A stretch of 64,000 bases of DNA from Nitrospirota bacterium (lineage in GTDB: Bacteria; Nitrospirota; UBA9217), in assembly GCA_963751455.1 (NCBI GenBank), contig CAVVUN010000009.1, positions 192,001-256,000 on the forward strand, in the 5' to 3' direction. The translations under genes were made by a program, and so were the position numbers. Each line of letters begins with the position of its first letter. Positions within the stretch are counted from its first letter, which is position 1. The notes beneath the pieces are model-generated. The model was not told the DNA's origin and ran no database searches. It saw nothing but the letters and a program-made list of their open reading frames with translations. Of the stretch, positions 28,432-39,644 are shown piece after piece.

Positions 28432-29661
28432 ATGATTAACATTCCATCTGTCATAAAAATCGCATCCCGCGCTCTCTGGGTCAACAAGATGCGCTCGGCT
28501 CTCACCATGCTCGGGATCATCATCGGCGTTGCGGCCGTTATCGCCATGGTGGCGGTAGGGGCGGGGGCAAGCAGAAAGATCGCCGATTTCATCGCGAGCA
28601 TCGGCAGCAATATCCTGATGGTCGTTCCGGGAGCAACTACCTCTGGAGGAGTCCGCATGGGAGCGGGCACTCAGTCGACGCTCACCTTGAGCGATGCTGA
28701 GGCCATACAGAAGGAGTGCCCGGCTGTGTCGGATGTTGCCCCTGTTTTGAACGGCGTTGCGCAGGTCGTGTACGGCCATCAGAACTGGTCCACGGGTATC
28801 TCGGGAACTACTCCGAGCATGCTGACCGGAAGGGACTGGACGCTCTCGGCAGGCAGGCCCTTTACGGAACAGGACGTCAAAAGCGGGACCAAGGTTTGTT
28901 TGTTAGGTCAGACAGTCGTGGATAATCTTTTCGGCGACATGGATCCCACAGGACAGGTGATCCGCATCAAAAATATTCCTTTCACCGTTCTCGGAGTGCT
29001 TTCGACGAAAGGACCGTCGCCTTCCGGCCAGGACCAGGACGACACCATATTTATTCCGATAACCACTGCCCAGAAAAAGGTTTTCGGGACCGCGTTCCCC
29101 GGCATGGTGCGGATTATATATATCAAGGCGAAGAGCACTGAGGACTTGTACGCTGCGGAACGCCAGATTATTGACCTGATGAGACAGAGACATCGTATCG
29201 GGCCGAAGCAGGACAATGATTTTTCGGTCAGGAACCTCACCCAGATGCTGCAGGCCCAGGAGGAGTCGGCGAAAATGATGACCATGCTTCTCGGGATCAT
29301 TGCATCCGTTTCGCTCATCGTGGGCGGCATAGGAATCATGAATATCATGTTGGTCTCCGTGACCGAGAGGACCCGAGAGATCGGTATACGCATGTCGGTC
29401 GGCGCAAAGACCTGGGACATCAGGCTCCAGTTCATCATCGAGGCGCTTGCGTTGTCGCTCATCGGCGGAGTGATCGGGATAATCCTCGGCGTCTCCACGA
29501 CGGTTATTCTTTCATCCGCCTCCGGCTGGCCCACTGTCATTTCACCTCTTTCGATCCTGCTCGCGTTCAGCTTTTCCGGAATGATCGGGATCTTCTTCGG
29601 CTTTTATCCTGCCTATAAAGCATCGCTTCTTAGTCCGATAGACGCGCTGAGGTATGAATAA
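28432..29661 (+). CDS. macB: MacB-type ABC permease
   Basis: NKMRSALTMLGIIIGVAAVI, VGGIGIMNIMLVSVTERTREIG, PIDALRYE. Confidence 0.9.
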   Translation: MINIPSVIKIASRALWVNKMRSALTMLGIIIGVAAVIAMVAVGAGASRKIADFIASIGSNILMVVPGATTSGGVRMGAGTQSTLTLSDAEAIQKECPAVSDVAPVLNGVAQVVYGHQNWSTGISGTTPSMLTGRDWTLSAGRPFTEQDVKSGTKVCLLGQTVVDNLFGDMDPTGQVIRIKNIPFTVLGVLSTKGPSPSGQDQDDTIFIPITTAQKKVFGTAFPGMVRIIYIKAKSTEDLYAAERQIIDLMRQRHRIGPKQDNDFSVRNLTQMLQAQEESAKMMTMLLGIIASVSLIVGGIGIMNIMLVSVTERTREIGIRMSVGAKTWDIRLQFIIEALALSLIGGVIGIILGVSTTVILSSASGWPTVISPLSILLAFSFSGMIGIFFGFYPAYKASLLSPIDALRYE

Positions 29662-30757
29662 AAAGAATTTTTTAAGGATTCACGAACAAAATGAATTCTG
29701 AGCCTCTGTAATTGAAACCACTTGAAATCCTTAACATCTTATCTTAAAGCGCGAAAAAAACATTTTTTAAAAATATCATTCCCTACGTAGTTCTACGGAT
29801 AGATAAACCGCAGTCAGTTCTGTATTGTAGTTTTTTATATCCCCGTCACAAATTCTAAATTTACTACCCTTAAAATACCCCGTCTAAACTAAAGAAATTT
29901 GTTGACAGTTATAGCAACAGTTTGATAGTGTTTGTTTCGTATAAAAACATCCTTTCGAATTGCTTTCGCAAAATAATATCATTTTTTCGCCCTCCATCTA
30001 TGCGCGGCTTTTCTCGCGTGAAAAGCCATTACTGTTCCGGACAGTTATTCGTTTTTGAATTTTTAAAAAAATTGCTCTCTCTCTCTTTCTTTTTTGAGAC
30101 TTATCAGAAATCTTAAAAAACCAGAAGAGATGCGGACCTTCAACATACACAAAGTTATCGAAATCCGTATCCCCGAGAGAATGTCCTACTAGTATCGACG
30201 TCAATGTAACAGGTTCGATTTGAAGGAGAAGCAAAAGATATCTCTCGTGAAGGAAAATAATTTCGAAATTAAAGTAATCGTGACATAAGTCAAAGTAAAA
30301 ATATTGAATTTCTAGCACACATTTTTGACTCAGGGGGGCAGTCATGAAAAAAATAATTCTTGTTTCTGTTTTGGGCTTTTTCTTTACGTTCAAGCTTTAT
30401 GCAGCAGACGGAGATATGATAGTGAATGGCAAACTCGGCATTGGCATTGGGACTTCCAGTCCTCAAGAAAATTTGCATATTCAGGAAAACGGGGTAGCGC
30501 GTTTGCGTATTGCGGGTTCTGGAGATGGAACAGATGCGGCAGAAATTAATTTATATGATACTACAGATAATAAATTTTGGATGATTGGGAGAAGAGATAA
30601 GGATTTCAGCGGTTCTAATCGTTTAATCTTTTCTTTTTTTGACGGGAATTGGCATCAACCTCTAGATTTATTGCCTGATGGAAGTTCAGTTTTTAACGGC
30701 AATGTCGGCATTTCAGGAAATTTACGCGTTCCCGCGGATAATTTTGGGATAAATGTT

Positions 30758-32630
30758 GATGATCTCGTAAGAACGAACTGTCGTGATTCAGCCAAAATAA
30801 ATCGCGCAAAACATCATATTTCCTTTGCAGTACAAGGGGTTTTGTGATACACAACAGCATCACCTATCGCAATCAAGGAGCCAGAATGATCCACATCAAG
30901 GATCACAAAACCCCCGACATGTTCGATCCCTTTCCCTTCCTGGGACCTAAACGTAAACAGCGCATCGAGGGGTCCTGGGCAAAGGTATTTCGGGAGCATA
31001 TTCTTACCACGCTGCCAGTCGAGAAAATTTTCTCAAAATACGATCCGGTTTTCAGAGCGCCGACCAAGGAACTCTATTCCATGATCGGCCTCATGGTCCT
31101 CCAGCAGATGAACGACCTGACCGACGAAGAAGCCGTAGACCAGTTTGCCTATAATCTCCAGTGGCATTATGCCCTGAACATCACAAGCGCGGCGGACACC
31201 GCCGCTTATGTCAGCCCCAAGACCCTCTGGAACATGCGCGACCTCCTGATCGAACGGAACCTCTACCAAGTTATCTTTGAAGAAGTCGTCACGATGCTTG
31301 CCGATGTATTCAAAGTCGATGTCGCCAAGCAGCGCTTCGACTCGGTCCACATCTACTCCAATATGCGCCACTTGGGCCGGCTCGGCCTGTTCGTAAAGAC
31401 TATTAAGAAGTTCCTGGTGAACCTCAAGCGTCACCATAAAGACCTCTATGAATCATTAGAGACGGCCATCACCGACCGGTACATGACCAAACAGGGAGAT
31501 GCCGTCTTCTCGATGGTCAGACCCTCGGAATCGATAAACACGCTAAGGACGCTGGCCAACGACGTGTTCAGCCTGGTGGAACGGTTCAGAGGAAACGAGC
31601 CAATTACCACCATGAACACCTATCAGCTCCTTGTCCGGCTGCTTAAGGAACAATGCATCGTGGAACGCGTTGATACGCATACAACCCTGGTCTCGGTCAA
31701 GGCCAACAAGGACGTGCCTTCCGATTCTCTGCAAAACCCTTCCGACCCCGACGCCGGGTATGACGGCCACAAGGGCAAGGGCTACCAGGTGCAGGTCGCC
31801 GAAAGCTACGGCACGTCCGAGGATACCAACACCCTGAATTTGATCACCAGTGTGATCGTAGAACCTGCCCACAAGCACGACACCCATGCCACTATTCCGC
31901 TTATCGAATCAACGGAGAAGTTGGGTCTGAAACCGGAAGCGGTCATTGCCGACACCCCCTATGGCAGCGACGAGAACTGCGAGAAGGCAAAGACCATGGG
32001 AGTTGAAGTCGTTTCCCCGGTCATGGGCAACCTCGGCGAAGACAGCGTGCCATTCACGGCATTCACCATGAACAGCGAAAACGAAATCACCTTATGCCCC
32101 GAGGGACGCGCTCCTCTCAAAACCCGGAGCAAAGACGACAATCACTCCGCGCTCTTTTCAAAAAAAGCGTGCCGTGGTTGTTCCCGAAAGAACACATGTC
32201 CGACGCTGCCCGGCAAAAAGGGCCGCTATCTCCGATACGACGATAAAGCGATCCGTCTGGCCCAGCGACGGGCTCAGGAAGACACTCCCGAGTTTCGGGA
32301 CAGGTACCGCTTCCGTGCAGGGGTCGAAGGAACCATGTCTCAGCTTGACCGAATAACCGGCTTCAAGAACTTGCGCGTCCGAGGACTGTCCGCCGTGAGC
32401 TTCGCCGCGTACTTGAAGGCTGCCGGAATCAACATTATCCGGGCGGCGGCATTCCGCAAACGGGAAAAGGAAGAGGAATCGGCCCTCATAGCCGCCCTTT
32501 CATTGCTATTTTGTGCTGTCAAAGAACGAGTGCAGAATGTTTCAGCCGCCATCGGGCGCTGGATCAGTCTCCGGCCGCTGATTATGCAGTTTAAGGTACT
32601 TTACGCCGTTTGACTTCTTACGAATTCATC
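30758..32630 (+). mobile_element. 1873-bp IS (IS1182/ISNCY-like) with 16-bp TIRs and 6-bp TSD AATGTT
   Basis: TIRs GATGATCTCGTAAGAA / TTCTTACGAATTCATC; AATGTT at 30752-30757 and 32631-32636. Confidence 0.9.
30844..32613 (+). CDS. DDE transposase (IS1182-like architecture); true start probably near 30886
   Basis: RFDSVHI, SLQNPSDPDAGY, KGYQVQVAE, IADTPYGS, Cys cluster, YRFRAGVEGTMS. Confidence 0.9.
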   Translation: MIHNSITYRNQGARMIHIKDHKTPDMFDPFPFLGPKRKQRIEGSWAKVFREHILTTLPVEKIFSKYDPVFRAPTKELYSMIGLMVLQQMNDLTDEEAVDQFAYNLQWHYALNITSAADTAAYVSPKTLWNMRDLLIERNLYQVIFEEVVTMLADVFKVDVAKQRFDSVHIYSNMRHLGRLGLFVKTIKKFLVNLKRHHKDLYESLETAITDRYMTKQGDAVFSMVRPSESINTLRTLANDVFSLVERFRGNEPITTMNTYQLLVRLLKEQCIVERVDTHTTLVSVKANKDVPSDSLQNPSDPDAGYDGHKGKGYQVQVAESYGTSEDTNTLNLITSVIVEPAHKHDTHATIPLIESTEKLGLKPEAVIADTPYGSDENCEKAKTMGVEVVSPVMGNLGEDSVPFTAFTMNSENEITLCPEGRAPLKTRSKDDNHSALFSKKACRGCSRKNTCPTLPGKKGRYLRYDDKAIRLAQRRAQEDTPEFRDRYRFRAGVEGTMSQLDRITGFKNLRVRGLSAVSFAAYLKAAGINIIRAAAFRKREKEEESALIAALSLLFCAVKERVQNVSAAIGRWISLRPLIMQFKVLYAV

Positions 32631-34022
32631 AATGTTGATACAGGCGGAAATTGGTTATATAACAATTGGCTTTATCGAACCCTTTGGAACGAGACATATG
32701 GCGATATGGTTTATATTGCCTTATCTGGTAATCATGACGCAACTAGTGATCCTGCCATTGTTCTCAGTAGTACCAATGGACTTTTAATGGGACGTGGTAA
32801 ATCGGCAGGCGATGGTCTATCTACCGAGTTTATGAGGATAACAAATACGGGCAGCGTCGGCATCGGGGTAGCGAATCCGGGAGAAAAATTAACGCTTTCA
32901 GGAAATTTACGCGTTCCCGCGGATAATTTTGGGATAAATGTTGATACAGGCGGAAATTGGTCATATAACAATTGGCTTTATCGAACCCTTTGGAACGAGA
33001 CATATGGCGATATGGTTTATATTGCCTCATCTGGTAATCATGACGCAACTAGCGATCCTGCCATTGTTCTCAGTAGCATAGATGGACTTTTAATGGGACG
33101 TGGTAAATCAACAGGTGATGGTCTATCTAGCGAGTTTATGAGGATAACAAATACGGGCAGCGTCGGCATTGGGACTTCCAGTCCTCAAGAAAATTTGCAT
33201 ATTCAGGAAAACGGGGTAGCGCGTTTGCGTATTGCGGGTTCTGGAGATGGAACGGATGTGGCAGAAATTAATTTATATGATACTACAGATAATAAATTTT
33301 GGATGATTGGGAGAAGAGATAAGGATTTCATGGAGTCCAATAATTTAATCTTTTCTTTTTATGACGGGAGTAGTTGGCATCAACCTTTAAATTTATTGCC
33401 TGACGGAAATTCTGTTTTTAACGGCAATGTCGGTTTTAACGGCAACGTCGGCATCGGGACAGTCCCGGGCCAGAAACTGTCTGTAGCGGGGACCGTTGAA
33501 TCGACATCCGGAGGTTTTAAATTTCCTGATGGTACTATTCAAACGACGGCATCGCGGAACAATGTGAACGCGACCATATATTCTAATAGCACTACCGCCT
33601 GTATTGGTTGCTATGGCTCTGGCGTTACCACAACTGTTTCATGCCCTGCTAATACCGCAATGGTAATAGGGGGCGCAGCTTGTTTGGCTAGCGGTACTGA
33701 CGATAGCATGCTTAAAAAAAGCCATCCGATGCTAAATGACAGTTGGACTGCGACATGCGTACAGGGGTATTGTAGCGGCTGCATAAACGTAACTGTTACT
33801 GCCTATGTAAAGTGCTTATAGCATTTTGATTTAAGTGCTGCTTTACTGTACTAGGGAAATTGGTTGACCTCGCCATAAGCAGATCCGTGTCTCTTTTTAA
33901 TTAAGGTGCAACAGAAAGAGATCGATGAATTGAGTGAAATTATTGCCATGAAGTAAGGCAACAGCGGGTGTCTGATAATAACGGAGGCTCGAATGCGAGA
34001 TCGGGACGCTGTGAAGAAAAAA

Positions 34023-37000
34023 ATGAGTACTGGGATGGCACGATTGAAAATATCTATTGTGTTGGTATGCGCCTTCTTTTGCGTCCTGCTGATACCCGCA
34101 AAAGATTCTTTTGCTTGCACGGATCTCCCTGTCAGGATAGCAGGTGCAAATCCCGTTTGTTACGCAACACTTCAGGATGCATATGATGTGGCTTTGGACA
34201 ATGCTGTAATTCAGAGCAAAAATATAACACTTTATCAAAAGCTCAATGCCAATCGCAACATAAATGTAACATTACAAGGCGGCTATAATTCCGATTATTC
34301 TGCAGTGGACGGATTCACCTATGTGAAAGGATCGATAACGACTAGCGCAGGTGCCGGAACCGTAACAGCAGGCAATTTTCAAACTTCAGCCGGACCGGTC
34401 GTAGCGATTACGTCTCCACTGCCGGGTCTGACGAATATTACGACAGCGCAGTTGACATATATGGTGAACGATGGGTTGGTCAAAGTATATCTTAATAATA
34501 ACCTAATCTCAAAAGTGTCGGGTGATACACTTGGCCCCTTGACTCCAGATGGCACATATGTAGTCCGCATAGATTCTACGGACTTGCAAGGCACGGTCGG
34601 CTCGGCTAGCGTGACACTGACCATCGACACCACGCCTCCATCAGCCAGCTTTACAATTAACAACGGCGCTGCTTATACCAACAATACTTCAGTTGCTTTA
34701 AATGTTTCTGCGAGCGATGCAAATGGTGTTCGGATGCAGTTCAGCAATGATAACTCCAACTGGTCGAATATGACACCCTTTACCCAGACGGTGAGCTGGG
34801 CGCTCCCCGCAGGTGACGGAGCCAAAACAGTCTATGCCAAGTTTAAAGACTACGCGGGAAACTGGTACCCTGCGCAAAGCAATTCAACAATAATCCTCGA
34901 TACGGTCACCCCATCCACCGCTTTCACGCCTCAGGGTGGTATGTACAATGCGCCGCTTAATGTTGAACTCGCGCCAAGCGAAACGGCAACGATCCATTAC
35001 ACTACAGACGGCACTTCGCCAACGACTTCATCGCCGGTGTACTCGGGTCCTATTAACATAGCAAATAATGCGACAACCACTCTAAAGTTTTTTGCACAAG
35101 ATGCCGCGGGAAACACCGAGAACGTAAAGACAGCCGTATACACGATCGACACCGCCGCGCCAACAGGAACGATTACGATAAACAACCATGCCAAATTAAC
35201 GAATAAAGCGACGGTAATATTGAATCTGAATGCGACGGATACCAACGGCGTATCCGAGATGCAGTTCAGCAATGACAACAACTCGTGGTCCACACCGATG
35301 CCATATGCAGCGAGTGCGAACTGGACACTTACCTCTAGCAACGGGATGAAGACTGTTTACGCCAAGTTCAAAGATACTGTTGGTAATTGGTCTGTGCAGG
35401 AGGTAGCCACGATTTTCTTATCGGACCCTTTAAAGAAAATGCAAGCTGGTTTGTCACAGATAGCAGCCGGCAGCTTCCATAACCTTTACTTGAGCCGGGA
35501 TGGAGTGCTTGAGGGTTGGGGTAGTAATTTATATGGTGAAGTCGGCGACGGAACAGCGGAAAATAAGCCAGGGCCGGTGCGGATAATGACCGCTCCTACC
35601 CAGACCTGGATTGGTATAACGGGAGGCATGCATCACAGCATAGGATTAAAGAGTGACGGGAGCTTGTGGGGATGGGGTATCAATAATAGATATCAACTGA
35701 CGCAGATGATTAACACTGACGAGCAGTTGACGCCGGCAAAGAGTGGAACAGATACTGACTGGATATTTGCATCGGCCGGCATGAACCATACGATGGGCAT
35801 CAAGACGAACGGGTCCCTGTGGGGTTGGGGAGACAATCCTGCTGGCCAGGTAGGTAACAACAGTACAGATAGGCAGCCGATCCCTGTTCGGATAGGGGCG
35901 GATACTGATCACTGGGTGTTGGTATCAGCAGGAGGAAGTCACACGGCAGCAATCAAGAGCGACGAAACGCTCTGGGTCTGGGGTTTCAACAACAATGGTC
36001 AAATAGGCGACGGGACCGCACAAAAACGATTATCGCCGTTCAAGATAGAGACGGATAACGGTCATTGGGTGACTACATCGGCAGGAGGATATCATACGGC
36101 AGCAATCAAGAGCGACGGGACGCTCTGGACCTGGGGCGATAATATCCATGGTCAACTAGGCGATGGGACAGAGACAGATCAAAAATCGCCTATCAAGATA
36201 GGGACCGATAATGACCGCTGGGTGGACGTATCAGCAGGAAAATATCATACGGCAGCGATCAAGAGCGACGGAACGCTTTGGACCTGGGGTTACAATAACA
36301 ATGGTCAATTAGGCGATGGGACAAATACAAATCGAACAACCCCTTTTAAGATAGATACTGCAACAGATTGGGTGGCGGTAGATGCTGGAGACTATCATAC
36401 CATCGCTTTTAAAAGTGACGGGTCGGTATGGACGTGGGGTTTGAACTCATCTGGTCAAGTAGGAGATGGAACGCTCGTTAGTCGGATAACGCCAACTCTA
36501 ATCTTATCGGGGTCGTCTTCCTCAAGCTCTAATGATCCTGACGCCTTCAATGTTTATTGCAACGGAACTGAAAAATATATTGTCGGAGAGAGCACATTTA
36601 CCAGCGGGATGATACTTCCTCCGGCAGGAAGCAACGGGATATTGATCGACTTGCCGTTAGAAGGGTCCACAATTAGCGGTTCAAAGACAATTATCAAAGG
36701 TTCAATAGACACGACAATTCCCGTGAACAAAGTAGTCGTCCAGGTTATTTCGAATGTTTCAGGATCAAACAGCTATGTAGCTCAAGTAAACGCAAATTAT
36801 TTTGCAGCAAAGATTATTTTAGCAGAAGGCGCAAATACCGTAACAGCCATTTCTTATGACAAAAACGGCGGTCAGCATCAGATGACCATTTCAATCAATG
36901 CGACTGCGCAAACAGAAGGTGTAAGCCTTGTTGCAACTCCGGGCTCGGGGATTCCGACCACCAAAGAGAACGGCCAGAGTGGGCTCGACGTGATTTTGAC

Positions 37001-37508
37001 CGCTGAGCCAACGCTTTTGAGCGCTCCCACAAGTTACATTTGGGATTTTATCGGATCAGGTTCGGATCAGCTTAAATGCTTTACCCATTCAATTGCAGCG
37101 GTAGAGTACCAGCAGCCAAGTTTGTATTTAACACAAGTTACTGCGACGGATACGGTGGGAAACACATACTCGGATACAGTAATTATAAATGTACTTGATG
37201 TGGCTCAAATGAACGCTATTCTGAAACCAATATGGAGTGATATAAAGATTGCGCTGGCGAATGACAATATTGCTGCTGCACTGAACGGCATTTCGGAAAA
37301 TGCCAAAGCTACATACCAGAGTAATTTTGAGTTGTTGCGGGACTATTTACCTCAAATTGCACAGGACATGGGAGATATAACGTTAAAGAGAATGGAGGAA
37401 AACACCGCTGAAATGGAGTTGCTGATGACTCAGGATGGGGTTCTGCGGTCATATTACCTGGAATTCAAAAGAGCTGAGGACGGATCATGGAAGTTGAATT
37501 TCTTTTAG
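34023..37508 (+). CDS. Large secreted surface protein with Ig/chitobiase-like domains, RCC1 repeats, PKD-like region and a distinct C-terminal domain
   Basis: Signal peptide; IHYTTDGTSPTTSSPVY; about 7 RCC1 repeats (AGxxHT.AIKSDGTLWTWG.N..GQLGDG), three at a 153-bp period (35946, 36099, 36252). Confidence 0.85.
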   Translation: MSTGMARLKISIVLVCAFFCVLLIPAKDSFACTDLPVRIAGANPVCYATLQDAYDVALDNAVIQSKNITLYQKLNANRNINVTLQGGYNSDYSAVDGFTYVKGSITTSAGAGTVTAGNFQTSAGPVVAITSPLPGLTNITTAQLTYMVNDGLVKVYLNNNLISKVSGDTLGPLTPDGTYVVRIDSTDLQGTVGSASVTLTIDTTPPSASFTINNGAAYTNNTSVALNVSASDANGVRMQFSNDNSNWSNMTPFTQTVSWALPAGDGAKTVYAKFKDYAGNWYPAQSNSTIILDTVTPSTAFTPQGGMYNAPLNVELAPSETATIHYTTDGTSPTTSSPVYSGPINIANNATTTLKFFAQDAAGNTENVKTAVYTIDTAAPTGTITINNHAKLTNKATVILNLNATDTNGVSEMQFSNDNNSWSTPMPYAASANWTLTSSNGMKTVYAKFKDTVGNWSVQEVATIFLSDPLKKMQAGLSQIAAGSFHNLYLSRDGVLEGWGSNLYGEVGDGTAENKPGPVRIMTAPTQTWIGITGGMHHSIGLKSDGSLWGWGINNRYQLTQMINTDEQLTPAKSGTDTDWIFASAGMNHTMGIKTNGSLWGWGDNPAGQVGNNSTDRQPIPVRIGADTDHWVLVSAGGSHTAAIKSDETLWVWGFNNNGQIGDGTAQKRLSPFKIETDNGHWVTTSAGGYHTAAIKSDGTLWTWGDNIHGQLGDGTETDQKSPIKIGTDNDRWVDVSAGKYHTAAIKSDGTLWTWGYNNNGQLGDGTNTNRTTPFKIDTATDWVAVDAGDYHTIAFKSDGSVWTWGLNSSGQVGDGTLVSRITPTLILSGSSSSSSNDPDAFNVYCNGTEKYIVGESTFTSGMILPPAGSNGILIDLPLEGSTISGSKTIIKGSIDTTIPVNKVVVQVISNVSGSNSYVAQVNANYFAAKIILAEGANTVTAISYDKNGGQHQMTISINATAQTEGVSLVATPGSGIPTTKENGQSGLDVILTAEPTLLSAPTSYIWDFIGSGSDQLKCFTHSIAAVEYQQPSLYLTQVTATDTVGNTYSDTVIINVLDVAQMNAILKPIWSDIKIALANDNIAAALNGISENAKATYQSNFELLRDYLPQIAQDMGDITLKRMEENTAEMELLMTQDGVLRSYYLEFKRAEDGSWKLNFF

Positions 37509-37574
37509 AAGATAAGGTCGAGGTAATCTCCCCCCAGATACTTTACGTCAAAGAGATAGGAGCTACTTAAAATC

Positions 37575-38192
37575 ATGAGGCTAGTGAAAATTATCATAGT
37601 AGTTGGATTCTTTCTTTTCTCCGTTGAGACCATTTCTGAGGCAGGCTGGCTCATATATCATAAGCCGGCATTCCAGGGGAAGGTAATCGATGCCGAGACC
37701 AAAAAGCCGATTGAGGGGGCGGTCATCGTTGCAGTGTACAACAAGACGACTGTGGGTCTCGGAGCAGGCAATATTTCATCCATAATAAGTGTGCGAGAGA
37801 CTTTAACAGACAAGGATGGAACATTTCTAATCCCTTCATATACGACGATCATTCAACCATTTTCATGGGAGGATAGCGCAAGCTTTATCATATTCAAGCC
37901 TGGTTACGGAAACTTCCCAGATAAACGAGTGTATCCGCCAGGCCTCAGTTTGCCCGATCAAGAGAAATTTTTCAGCATGGGCGTTGGGGCTGAGCTATAC
38001 ATGGAAACACAGGTAGGTTTGGAATTTAAGGTTGCAACTCTTAAAACCGGCATCGTCGAACTTCCCAAGCTAAGGACGAAGGAAGAACGGTGGCATGCGA
38101 GCTTTGTTGGAGTAGCAGGGTACTCAGAAAAAGAATTGCCTTTGTTATATAAAGCAAGAAGTGAGGAAGACAAAGCATTAGGCATAAAGTGA
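37575..38192 (+). CDS. Exported protein with a carboxypeptidase-regulatory-like N-terminal domain
   Basis: Signal peptide; FQGKVIDAETKKPIEGAVIVAVY...ETLTDKDGTFLIP...IIFKPGYG. Confidence 0.7.
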   Translation: MRLVKIIIVVGFFLFSVETISEAGWLIYHKPAFQGKVIDAETKKPIEGAVIVAVYNKTTVGLGAGNISSIISVRETLTDKDGTFLIPSYTTIIQPFSWEDSASFIIFKPGYGNFPDKRVYPPGLSLPDQEKFFSMGVGAELYMETQVGLEFKVATLKTGIVELPKLRTKEERWHASFVGVAGYSEKELPLLYKARSEEDKALGIK

Positions 38193-39315
38193 GGGTCTTC
38201 AAATGAATAAACTAATTTCAACATCGATTTTGATGATAGTTATCCTCTTTGGCAAAATGAATACCATCTCTGCCTTAGATGTTATAACTCATAAGGCAAT
38301 TAACGAAAATATTGCTCAAAACAAGCTAAATGGATTTTCTTTGGATTTATATTTAATAAACCAGCTTGGAATTAATAACGGTGTGAAGGAAAAATTCAAC
38401 TCCTCAATGACGTGGGAATTACTTCGCGATGGTGGTGAATTCGAAGACATCCCTGTTTGGTACATGATATATCGTCGCTCGGTCAATCATTTTCACAATC
38501 CGTTAAGACCCCTAGTCGATGCAGGTTTCACCGGCGTTTGGGGTACATATATTTTAAGCGGGCAATCAGCCATCTTGTGGTCACAAAACCAGCTCGGCAT
38601 GCAAGATCCAGGCGGATTTTATTCCTGGTATGATGTGAGAAACTATTTTTACAGTGGGCTTACAGCTTATGATAAGAAAACGCGAGATACAAACTTTGCC
38701 GAAACCTTCAGAGGCCTAGGCCAGCTCATGCACTTGGTACAGGACATGAGTGTGCCAGAACACGCGAGAGATGACGGGCATTATTCAGATGCATATGAGG
38801 AATGGGTAAAATCAAAACCCGATTTGATTAAAACTTTGATGCAAAATCCTGTATATTTTGATAGTTTCGCTTTGGCTCAACCAACAGCCTTTGGTGCGGA
38901 AGCCTCTGTCCCCATTGCAAACTTATTCGATACGAACCAATATGGCGGGACGAACCCAAACCCACAGGTAACGACACAATATTTTACTATCGTATCTACC
39001 CCGACAGGTCCAATCGGCGTGGATAAAATCGGCCTCTCTGAATACACTAACGCCAATTTCCTTAGCCTAGATACAATGTTCACCGATAATTTGCCACCGG
39101 CGAGTAGCAAATATTTCCCATATCCAAAGAGAGCCAACGCAGCGCTTTGGAATGATACGATGAACAATAGATATTATTTTAAAAAGACAGGAGACGGCGA
39201 ACCAATCAATCACCTGGCGCATTGCGGGCTGATATGTATGTCAATGTTGTATAGTGGACCCCAATTTTCGGACAATAGTTTAAGATGGTAACCTGCCGTT
39301 AAAAAGGAGCAGGTT

Positions 39316-39609
39316 TTGAGCGAAAAAAAGCGCAAAAATTTCAGCAGTCAGTTCAAAGCCAAGGTCGCGCTTGAGGCGATCCGAGGTGTCAAGACAGTAA
39401 CCGAAATTGCCCAGGCGTTCGGCGTACATCCAACGCAAGTGGGGCAGTGGAAAAAGGTTTTGCAAGATCAGGCTGCGGGCATATTTGACACTACGCGCGG
39501 TCCCGCGCCGGTAGATCCTGCTGCCAGTTCGGAGCGGCTCTACTCCGAGATCGGACGGCTGAAGATGGAACTGGACTGGCTTAAAAAAAAGTCCGGGATC
39601 AGCCTATAG
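39316..39609 (+). CDS. IS3 transposase OrfA (HTH)
   Basis: RKNFSSQFKAKVALEA...FGVHPTQVGQWKK...LYSEIGRLKMELDWLKKK. Confidence 0.9.
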   Translation: MSEKKRKNFSSQFKAKVALEAIRGVKTVTEIAQAFGVHPTQVGQWKKVLQDQAAGIFDTTRGPAPVDPAASSERLYSEIGRLKMELDWLKKKSGISL

Positions 39610-39644
39610 CGGACCGGCGGCACTGGGTAGATACCAAAAACCCC

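Larger units (their letters stand above)
30344..33821 (+). pseudogene. Secreted tail-fibre-like repeat protein (about 532 aa when rejoined), interrupted by an IS
   Basis: 30344-30757 joins in frame to 32637-33821 (GINV|DTGGNW), matching the intact internal repeat copy; VGIG..P.E.L spacers; 8-Cys C-terminus. Confidence 0.8.

Noticed and set aside
29662-30343. tRNA, riboswitch or att site in the long AT-rich intergenic region (also 1280-1900)
   Set aside because: No cloverleaf, T-loop or recognisable aptamer could be seen by eye; an Rfam/tRNAscan search would be needed to exclude one.
30344-33821. DGR template/variable repeats or a shufflon
   Set aside because: Both repeat copies are in-frame coding modules, differences are not obviously adenine-restricted, and no reverse transcriptase or invertase is nearby.
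30344-37508. Prophage tail region
   Set aside because: The proteins carry signal peptides and no capsid, terminase, baseplate or integrase genes are present.
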